The notes below the pieces were generated by a model. The model ran no database searches, was not told the DNA's origin, and saw nothing but the letters and a program-made list of their open reading frames with translations. A program made the translations under genes and the position numbers. Shown here in pieces: positions 47,891 to 58,600 of a stretch of 64,000 bases of DNA. The first letter of the stretch is position 1. Every line of letters starts with the position of its first letter. The DNA comes from Botryllus schlosseri (taxonomy: Eukaryota), in contig CM119381.1 in assembly GCA_051294905.1 (NCBI GenBank), positions 25,668,001-25,732,000 of the forward strand. Reading direction: 5' to 3'.

Positions 47891-50800
47891 TTAAATGTGA
47901 GGTAAGGACAAAATTAAAGTCTTTTTCCGTCGATTGAACTTTGCGGCTGACGAGTCTTCACTGATCATCTCTGTAAGTTGTAATGATAAATAATATTTTT
48001 CCGCTACCAGCAACTCCACGGAATTCTGAAAGTAAATTTGATGTTCCTGCACTTATATTTCGCTGTGATATCAAGCTACTAAATGTGCTAAATCAGAATT
48101 TGTCCTTAATATAAAGCGGTCTGGGGTGTCTCTATTCAGTCAACATTGACATTATAGCTAACCATTTTACTTGACTAGCATCAATCTTGGCAACTACTCA
48201 AGTAGAAGAATGAATTTGTTCTCAGAGGGGTCGAAATAGATACCGATAGCCTATCTTGCTACTGAAGTAGAATATTAAAACAGCACCTGAGCAGGTCAAG
48301 ATAGTAGCCCACAAACGACATTGATGTAACCATAGAAATTCGACTGTGGGGTGCAGTCATGGACAGATAAACGAAGTTACAATATTGGACACAGCGATGT
48401 CACACGGAAATAGGCTTCACTTCAACAATAGAATGGCACTTGCGAACTGCGAAATTTTCTAGAGGAAAATTTGAATATGATTCGAACCTTTGTGATATTC
48501 AAATCACACTGCGAGACACTATCAACATCGGGAAGCATAATTTTCAAAATATAATGTGGGTTTCCGTCTTTGTTCAATTCCTCGAGCAAATACTCCGGTT
48601 TTGGAAGATGCGTTGCATCGTTTTCTGAAACAAAATGAGCCAGCACTTTACAAAATGCCGAATGCTGATTCTTCAATACTCAATAATTACACTGCCGTTA
48701 CCATTATGAAGGGCCTGCCTGGATGTCTGATAATTTCATAACTGGTCGCTAGAAGCCAGCTGACAATTTAGCATGGTGACAAAATGAGTACAATATTTCG
48801 AGGGAGCCAGGTAGGGTAGTAACGACTCGACTCGCGATTCTGTGGTGACTCCATTTGACTCGAGTCATTTTTTAATATTTGGAAAATTACTTGACTTGAA
48901 CACCAAAATGAACTGAACACAATTACTTGGACTCGAGTCTCAACACTGTGAATCGAGCTCAACCTTTGAACCCTGACTTGACTCGGTAGTTAATTGAAAA
49001 TGGCCCAACTTTACTATAAATGTAGAATTGACTTGTGAGTCTTGGTTGCATTCCTGAAGCCGAAGAACATGAATTAGTTCCGATTTAAACTTGAAATGGA
49101 AGAATGAATTTCGGGTAATTCCAGGCCAAATCAACCGAGGCAGATCACCACATGTTTCAAAATAAACATCAAATGCAATTCCCAAGCAACATAGATCAAT
49201 TTCAAACTGAACAAAAGTTATTTCGCGGAAATACATTCAGCAGTTTGGGATTGATGGGGATTTGAAAAAGTGCACTTTTTGTGCTCAGTCAACTGTTAAG
49301 AGGTATCATTTTTTAGATCATAAACTTTAGAATTTTACTGTAAATTAGTCTTTCTCTGTGGCTTTAAATGGAGTACATTTTCAGAAAGTACATAGCCTAA
49401 CCCTCTTTTGTCTTATTTTCAGCGCTCACCACAGGACACGAGAGTTGACCATTTTTAGGTAGATTTTCAGGCAACAAATATAGCAGATGGCAATATGAGG
49501 CGCAATAGTTAAGACTGGGCTGAAGTGATGACCGTGATTTAGTCATCAACTACCGTTATTTCACACAACTACTGAACAACAGGGTCTGCGCTAGATAGAG
49601 GTTAAGAAACACTCATTTATTTGTACCTGTTTCGTCACTATCACTTTCTCCAATTTCCTGTATTAAATTATTCTTTTCAACTTTTGTCTTTTTGCCACCC
49701 AGCACGTTTTCGATTGTGATGTCTCTTTCAAATTGGCGGACTCCATCGCTCGCCTTCTCCTCATTCGACATCATTGACATTCTTTTTATAAGTTCTGCCG
49801 GCGAGTTTACTGTAGCGCCAGTCGCCATTTTTTCAATATCATCATCCTTAGACAGTTGAGACCTTGTCATGAATAAAGTGCGTGCGTCTGCAGGTACGTC
49901 GCCTCGGTAAATTTCTTTGTACTTCTTATATTGACGATGAAGCTTCGTCTAGATAATATTCATTTCAATTAATTGCTAAAATTTCAATACACCACAAGAC
50001 TGCGATACAACAAAAGATAGGAAGGTTTCGAAACGACTTGGAGTAGTCTTTGAAATCAGACACCCACCTGTCCTAGGTGATGCAAAAAAGGAGGCATGCG
50101 CACTGAATAAAAGGTAGAAGAAGATAATATAAAAGTACAGGTGACAAAAAAAGGTGGCATGTGTCTGAAAGATCGATATGTCATGTCGTGGTCTGGTAAA
50201 TTAGAGGATTGACTAGTATTCATTCAGTAGAAATTGTTTGTATTTTGACTTGAATGTGGACATGCTCGATGACTGTCGGATAGCCGGCGAGATACTGTTT
50301 TACAAATCAGGTCCAGCATATTTGATAGAGGGATCATCTTTTTTGTCCACCGTATGGTGGTTGGACGACGTGGACGCGCGTGTGTTGTACTTATGCACTT
50401 TTGATGCCGAGGTAAAGAAGTTATTGCAGTTATCGGGGCAGTGGCCGCAGTGGAAATGATACATAAACTTGGCAATTTCTAGTTTCCGCATATCTTTTAT
50501 GTTTAGGACACCGAATCTTTCGAGCAGTGATTTGCTGGACACACATCCTGGTCCCTTCGGGGCCCTGGCTATGATACGGAGGATATCCTGAGATTGACGG
50601 GTTCATTGAACGGCCCTAACCGGAAACAGTCTGTGATGAAATGTGTGTGCCTAGAAGTCAACATTTATCAAAATTTGCTAACAGGAGTTTGTGTACCTTT
50701 TAAAAACAGTACATTGAGCTTAAGTGATCTTTTCGCCCCAATTATCCGAAATTTCATGCCATTAACGTCCTATTTTGTGATGCGATTGTTGGTATACAAT

Positions 50801-53340
50801 GTTCTTTCCAATTCTCTACTAGTTGCTGACGATTGCCCCTGACGAGTGTCAGCCAAAATGTTTCGGTATATTTCAATATGAATATACTATCCAACTGCAT
50901 ATTGAAATGATTTTTCAGCTAGAACAGAGTTTTCTCAAGTGAGTTAACTACTTGTAACCAGACGCTGTTAGTAATGAAGTATTCTACTTCTTCCAAGAAC
51001 TCAAGATCGGTTAAACCTTAACACACTTACTCGTGTGTTATATGCAATTTTGAAAGAGCCCACCTAACAGCTGCTAACGTATGCAATCTACTTTTTGCCA
51101 AAATACTTTTCAAATATTCATTTTCTACTTGTAATTGGGTACAAATGTACAGCGTTACTTCAACTTCAATAGTAACTCAGACTACTTACACCACCTCTGC
51201 TTGCAAACAATGGAGTATGTTTTTTCAGCACATTTACTTCATCATATTCCCAGGTATAAGTGATCTTAGTTAATACTTCCCATAGTCCTACGAGTGAGAT
51301 AGTCAGATCCTACTATATACAGTAATATAAAAGAAAAGTGGGTAAATATGACTAGTTCTCAAGTGACATATCACAGTAATGCAACATAGGCCCAACTTAC
51401 AGATGGTTTCTATGTAAAATTACAAATGGATATTGACCATGACCATGCAGTGGAGACGCTATCCCATGTTATTTTTATAATTATCATTATACCCACAATC
51501 TTTTCATACATGCACTTTACAGCAAATATACACTGCACGTAATAAGCTTGATCATAAATTTATGCAGAATGAGATCAAACAATTACTTTGAGTTTGTCCT
51601 CAGTGAGATTTACGACCAATTCATAGAGTCGATCGCGATTCACATCTGTGTCCGTGCATTCTTCATAAATTTTGTCATTCATTGCCACTGGCACGACTAT
51701 TTCTATTATACCTGTAAATAGAGAAGTAAGTTTTCATGAATGAAGTAGAAATGGGAAAAATAATGAGTGTCAGCCGAAAATATTTGGGTTTATTTCAATA
51801 TGAATATACGGTATGCAATTATATACCACCAGGGGCGTAGCCAGCCGAGATAAAAAGGGGGTAGAACTGAATAAAGGGGGCAGAATGATCCTCTATGTGT
51901 CATACCTTTAGCGATAGCGACTTCTGTATTCCGTAAGCTTTTGAAAGCGTAACTAATTGGCGGATCTAATCACTGAAAGCGAGTTAGCAATCAACAACTT
52001 GCACGGGGATCATGTTACGATGCGCACGCGCTCATCCTGTGACAGTGCAGGAGATCTTATTTGCATTCAAATAAGTAATCGACCTTGAAACAATACAAGA
52101 ACAACATTTCACGACGAACAATCTATACAGCGCAGAATCTGTTATATCTTCATGAATTTTGACATGATTCAATTCACGTGTAAGAGGAACGTCTTCTCGG
52201 CGTTTTAATTTCATTCATTTCGAACATGGCGCATATACTAGTTGTACCGGCGTGTGAATAATGACTTATTCGGAAAGCGAGGGAATCGCAAACAAGTTTC
52301 GGCGCGGCTATTGAAGGCTGAATGCGTCCTGGTGGGATACCGATCACGAAAGGCATAATCTAGTATGACGTATAGATGGTCATTGAGGTCAAGACAATGC
52401 ACAACAATGGCGTCAAAAATAAAATGCGAATCGAATGTATTGTGTCTTCACGCTGTTTTGGGAAACAGGCTTGAGTTCGGCAAAGCACGAATCAGATGCG
52501 ATTGCTTCAAAACATGATTTCATTCACTTATAAGTTGTTATTTTCATGTTATTAATGTTCGTTATCGTTTACAATGAACTGTTGATGAGAAAACAACGCG
52601 TGAGCGACGCGACAAATGTTATTATTGCTCGACGACTGCATTCAGAATAAAGGGATTAAGCTGATCGCTTACCCTCGCCGAGAGAAAAATTTAACAATGC
52701 CCCTTTCACGCTTGCATAGACGCGCTTCCGTAGACGAGATATCGGCGAGAAAAAGGCATGTAATCAGCGTCGGCGATCGGCGTCGCGCGAGGCAAATTGA
52801 AATTAGGCGATATCGTGAAGAAATGTTATTATAGCAATAGCGTTGACTTGGGATTTTCGGGATAGAATCGAGCCTGGAAGGGGGTAGAACGTTCTTCAAT
52901 TCTACCCCCCTGTCTACGCCCCTGTATACCACCAAGAGTATCTTCAGACTATGAATATGTTTTAATATCGGAAATTACCCTTTGTTGTTCTTTTTGACTT
53001 CTCGCCTGCAAACATTTTTATTGGGTCTTCGTCATTGTCCGGGTAAGGCATTCTCTTCCAAGCGCAGATATTAATAAAGACGTAACCAGAATCTTCATTC
53101 TACAAGTATAAGCCAAGCATGTTGTAACGCAGATTGAAGTTCCACTGTGCTGTCCTTGATATGACTTACCAGAGTTTTCGTATAAATGCACACTCTAGGC
53201 TCGGGCGGGGAGTTGAAAGCCTTATGCTCTTCCATTTGTTTTTCAATGAAATTTTTGTAAGCATCGGGGTCGGATTTGGCGAGATCATCCAGCCGATTCC
53301 ATATATATTCGGCTTGTTCTTTGAATTCCTTCGGTTCCAT
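47891..53340 (-). CDS. PIH1D2: PIH1 domain-containing protein 2, 6 coding exons
   Basis: Exons 53170-53340, 52979-53099, 51587-51711, 49627-49948, 48488-48624, 47891-48025. WNRLDDLAKSDPDAYKNFI, PEPRVC, FINIC.W, LPDVDSVSQCDL and AKF.RRKKTLILSLP match recalled PIH1D2. Confidence 0.88.
48813..49056 (-). mobile_element. Internally deleted family A MITE
   Basis: tagggtagtaacgactcg ... gacttgtgagtcttggttgcattcctg, with gactcgagtc motifs. Confidence 0.6.
49960..50545 (-). mobile_element. 5'-truncated CR1/L2-group LINE with ORF2 C-terminal remnant (50213-50542)
   Basis: LNIKDMRKLEIAKFMY...HKYNTR...SIKYAGPDL*NSISPAIR..SSMSTFKSKYKQFLL fits the C-terminus of this LINE group. In-frame TAA where Trp is expected. 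3'UTR shared with 490-1690. Confidence 0.8.
50700..50910 (+). repeat. Family B copy, hammerhead G12 lost
   Basis: gctgacgattgcccCTGACGAgtgtcagcc then aaaatgtttcggtat instead of GAAAatattcgggt. Confidence 0.85.
51765..51810 (+). repeat. 5'-truncated family B copy
   Basis: gagtgtcagccgaaaatatttgggtttatttcaatatgaatat; the CTGA core is absent. Confidence 0.8.
51830..52924. mobile_element. 1.1-kb non-autonomous hAT-type element in PIH1D2 intron 2
   Basis: TIR caggggcgtag/ctacgcccctg. Perfect TSD tataccac (51822-29, 52925-32). Confidence 0.9.
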
Positions 53341-53964
53341 GTTGTCAGATTATGGCTAATCTCAAATTATTCGCAATCTCGTGACTAGAAAATCTAAAAT
53401 AGATATTCAATACCGTATATAGAACTGGTTACCGATTTGCTATTGCTTTTTGAGAGCAGCGTCGGTTCGCTATGGCGCCAGAACTCTAGAAAGTAGTGGT
53501 TCACATGGTCGGAGATGTTGGGATTAGTTTCAAATCATGGCGGGAGATATAGGATTGATAGTACTCTGAAATCGGAACAATTACCGTATAAATATTTAAT
53601 TATCTTGGTTTGTACGAAATATTCCAGTATATGCCAATAATTCCGCTAGAATCCTAATTCCAGCTCAAGAAGGTCGTCTGTTAAGATATGTCGGCCATTG
53701 TTCGTAACAATCCCATGTTTCCTTTCGTCGATGACAGACACAAGACTCTCAAGTGTGTAAATATTGTTGGAATAAATATTGGAAGTTGGCTGATTTGCGA
53801 AGTTTCGTAACAGCGGGCCGTTCACGCCAAAGAAATCTGCACCGATGAAAGACATGAACGCGTCTCTAAACGGAGTTTGCCAGAGGTTAAAAAACGCCAT
53901 GAAATGCGCCAACTCTGACGGCCCAGAAACGACGTACATTCGACTGCTGTCATTCAGGAAACAG

Positions 53965-54510
53965 ATGCAAAGCCTGCAGGCCAAAATTATCTACTCCACG
54001 AGATATGCTGATGAATATTATGAATACAGGTAATAAGCCTAACCAATGGTCAGATTCAGCCGGTTCTATAGAACCGCCCATGGAATTTTATGAGATCAGC
54101 TGGTTACTGTCAATGATATTTGGTAATAAAACCGGAGTCTTACTTCTATGACCAATGACCATGTCCTCTAATAGTCATTATAACTGAGGATGCAACTAAT
54201 CTGCCAAACCTGCTCATTCAAAATGTATTGTGACTTTTAATCTTGTAACTTTGTTTCTTCTTACCATACAGGCACGCATTTCTACCCATTGAATTGTCGA
54301 AAATGATCCCTAAACACCACCTGCTTTCGGAATCGGAATGGCGCAATTTGGGGATACAACAGTCTATCGGTTGGGAGCATTACATGACTCACAATCCAGG
54401 TAAGCGTTCGTATTTCAGTAATAAACGTGTTGGAGATACTATAAATCGGAATCCGTGTTTTTGCAGAGCCACACATACTACTTTTTCGGAGACCAGTTCA
54501 TAGAAGTTGA
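53965..54510 (+). CDS. CKS1: Cyclin-dependent kinase regulatory subunit (CKS1/CKS2 family), 3 exons, 78 aa
   Basis: Exons 53965-54029, 54272-54399, 54467-54510. [51 protein letters not shown]. Confidence 0.93.
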
Positions 54511-55650
54511 AATTTCTAACACTTGGTGTGAAGATATCAAACATGCACTTATCATTTGGGATTTCTTCCATGAAATCGTTATTATCGTTCTTGAAAAACT
54601 GCACCATGAGGTGTAGCACGCTTACAATACCGCAAACATCCAATTCCAATAGCCTGGCATCTTTGAGAAATATTATCCAGGTTTGGTGATAGTTATATCA
54701 TACATATGTGATTCATTAAAATATCACAGGAGTGCAAAACTAGATATTCTGCCATTGGTGAATGTCAATGATGATTTTTAATAGTAATGAGATGAAACAG
54801 ATTTTGCAAATTGCATATATATATATAATATAAACAGATAGCCTATATATATCTTCTGCCATTTCGCATTAATTTTGCCGGTTCTTTGGTGATGAAGTTT
54901 TTTGTTTCTTGAGTGTTCTACAGAGATTTTTCATTAAATATACATATATTTCTATGCCGTATATATAATCGTGTTCCATTTATGACGTGGATTGAAAATA
55001 GGCAAATATATCTTTCATAATAGGATTTATTTACACTTCAAATGTGCACCAAACAAATGCGATAAAAATAATCACCAAAACTGTTCTAAGCAGTAGTCCA
55101 ACACCTCTCGCGCAACGTGAACGATTGAATAAACTGAAATCATACCCAAAAGTGTTAAATGTTAGGAATGCAATCACAATTTACAATTACAACTACATCA
55201 CACAGATGCGGTGTTGAATCAATCATAGATTCCCAGAGCTTGGAGATGAAACTATTGCAAGCATGTTCTTTAGCAAAATAATGCCTGAGCTTGACTTGGA
55301 AAGCACTGTGGATATGTTTAAATTTACGTTGGGGAAAAGTACGTCAGAGGGAAACAGTGTGCAGTTACAACAACATATTTAGCGCTGTAGTTGGTTTACA
55401 ATTATTGCGGAATGAGTATAACAGCATACAACTGATTGCATATAACTGATTTTGAATTATTTGGTTAATTCAGGCCGGACTGTGATATATTACTTCAATT
55501 CTACAATGCGCGGTCGTGGGTACCCGAAAATACCAAGTGACAACTCTGACGCACGATAAACAAATGGCAAGATACCGATTGAATCAAACATATTTACACT
55601 ATGCATCTCAAAGATCGGTCGTAGCAATTTTCTAGCAGCAGCAACTTTCT

Positions 55651-58600
55651 TCACTGAGATGGATTTTTAGCCAAGAAGTGACAGAAGTCGATTGAAGTCA
55701 CGATTCCATAAATGTGAGCATCATTCCCTTCGCCTGTAAACGTGGTTTACATATGAAATTTCGCAGTGTGAAATGAAGTAGATGGGCTGCCATAACGATA
55801 TGCATTTAATTAAATGTAGTGTATTCTTATTGGTGCAACATTTTATACCTATTAGTGACAGGTCACAATGAAATTGCTACTTGCCACTGAGAGGCATTTT
55901 ATAAACACGAATTGTCATCCGATACTTACAGCCACCACTGGGACCCTTTAAACCTCGATTTCCCGCACCTAAGCATCCAAAACTTGTAGCCCAAGGCATT
56001 TTTGTGATATATTTTAAAATAATTCTGGTCAAGAAACACAAAAATAGTATTTTTTATACAGTGTACTCTCGACTCAAAGCCTAATAATTGACTCAGAACT
56101 GAACCATTCAAGTACTCAATTTGCTCAGACCAAATTATGACCACTCCTTTACCATCATTCTTTTTCGCAGTACGTGAGATGTGATCCTTAACCGCACAGG
56201 AATATTCCATAATCAATTGTCACATCACTTCAGAGATCGAGTAAAAGTTCACAGTTTCTATTACAGGACTAGCCTACACAGCAAACGTGTTTTCACTAAA
56301 TAAACAGTAGCCCACGATCTAAAAACTTACCGGAACCATCCCCATTCACTCTGAGAGCCTTCGTGTCACTGTTAACATCAGCGATGTCGCCTGAAAATCA
56401 CCAGGTTTCAGATATGCCGCAGCCAAATTACGAAAAACCTCATCTTACATTGCAGTATGTTGTGGGTGACGATAGCAAAATGATCGCTTGCCAGCATCCT
56501 CGATAATTTCTTCAAACTGTCGTTGACTCCGATCTAGATGAAGGAGATCATAAGGCTTGCCAAGCTATCTTCCGCGACAGATTTAATGTTACGAAATTCT
56601 TTTTACAATTAAAATGATAATGCAAATTAGGGTTGGGCACAATGATTTGAGTACTCTGATTAGAGTATTATTTCTAATGATTCGAGTAGAGTAGTGGAAG
56701 ATCATTTTTTCCAGTACTCAAATTATACGCTCCATGGCACTAAGACTTAATTCATCAACAAGAATTACAGTTTGGATACTATTTTCTGCTGTGGTAGGCT
56801 GTAAAACGCAATTGGTCATATCCAGAGGTGGTCGAAGTAGTCAAGAAAGCTACTCAAGTAGAAGTAGAAGTAGCAAAAAAATAATCTACTCAAGTAAGAG
56901 TAGAAGTACTTCTTCCATAAGCAACCTAAAACTACTTGAAGTAGAAGTAGAATTGACTGACTTTAAAAGTACTCAAGTAAGTAAGTAGTTGTGAAAAAGA
57001 TCCTGATTCGTTTACACGGATTGTAAAAAGGAGCTTGATTCATATTGATGCATACCGACAGGTTTCCAGTTTTCCATAGCATTTGCATTGATCCACATCA
57101 TGATAGTACTGATATGGAAATGCAATACTAATCCTCTGTTTTCTCGAATAGCACGTTTTAGAAAATAGCATGGTACGGCGCCATCCCCCATATTATAAGG
57201 CCCGTAGTTTAGTCGAAGAGCAGCTCTAAAACTAAAATAAAGTCATATTCCACGTTTCCAGATTAGAACACGCCATGGACACGCTAGATTACGATATGAC
57301 AAGTAAATGCTAGATTGCGAAACATCAGTTTCAAACGTTATGATGAGCCATATATACTGTGATGAATTATTTCATATTGGCGAAGGGTGACAATGTGGTG
57401 TAAACTGAACCACGCCAACCCGTGACCTAAATTATATTCACCGACACTTTCGTGAAATCATACCGGCCACTTCGTATCCTCTGCGCGCGAAGCGCGACGA
57501 CAATTCTTGGCTTTACTCAACTTTTGTGAAAATTAAATGTTGATACTCCGTGAAAACAGCCCGAAATTTCTCAGGCTATCTTCTTGATGGGAAGATTGAA
57601 CTACTTCTACTTGACAAACTGAAAATAGCGAAAAGTAAGTAAGTAGATTACAAAATATTACGAAGTAGAAGTAGTGAAAATCAGATCTACTTGAGTAAGT
57701 ACCAGAAGTAGAGGAAAACTACTTGAGTACTTCGAAAAAGTAGAAGTAGGCCTACTTCGTTACTGACCACCTCTGGTCATATCACATAATACGAATCATT
57801 TAGAATTGACAATATCTTCTATGTGGTAACTGTTGATACTTTTGTAACGTCATAAATGAGTGACAGTGGTTATCTTGACTCGAAACCCAATACTCATTAC
57901 AGAATCAGATTACTCAGGTACTAGAATTTGCCCAGACCTAGTGCAAATATACATAACTGATTGAATACCCTTTTGAATCCTCTGTATAAGGTCTTCTCCA
58001 CCGAATCAGACATATCGATTTTGCCGGACGACAAGTTCCCCATCATGTTACCCATAGTAACTGTCCCCACGATTTTTCTGTAATTAACAATAAGTAAAAA
58101 CAACCGTTTTACAGAACAATCGAGTAGCGCCTACCCTTTTTCCGTAACAACAGGTAGCTGATCGAATCCTTGTTTCTCCATGATGTCCAACGTGGCCCTG
58201 CACTTTGTTGAGGGTAAGACTGATACGGGCGGTTTAAGGTTCAGGCTCGAAACAGGGAGATCCCACCACCTAAACACATGCGACAAACATGTTTGTAATC
58301 AAATCACAAGTCAATCTAATTTTACTTGAAAATGCGACCAAAAACCGCTAAAAGTGAGGAAAATTAGTATATTAGATATGCGAACCATTCGATATCACCA
58401 ATAAGAGTTATAAAAGTGGGTTTAACAAGACTTTAACTGGAAACCGAGCAGTCAACACAATGATTTGAACTCGGACTCAAGTCATAATACCATGACTCGG
58501 ACTGGAGACTCTGCTCAATGACTTGGATTCGGACTTGACTCGAGTCTAAACTATAAAAATGAGATTGACTTGTGACCCGGAGCCTTGTGACTTGGTAAAA

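Noticed and set aside
47947-47953. CTGACGA on + strand
   Set aside because: Antisense to the last PIH1D2 coding exon, with no GAAA/UH geometry; chance match.
53845-53964. In-frame N-terminal extension of CKS1
   Set aside because: No similarity to CKS proteins, and an acceptor (cattcag, 53957) precedes ATG 53965; likely promoter or intron sequence.
55926-56216. 96-aa minus-strand ORF within CBS
   Set aside because: No CBS similarity; the flanking exons 56331-56390 and 55651-55733 join in frame without it.
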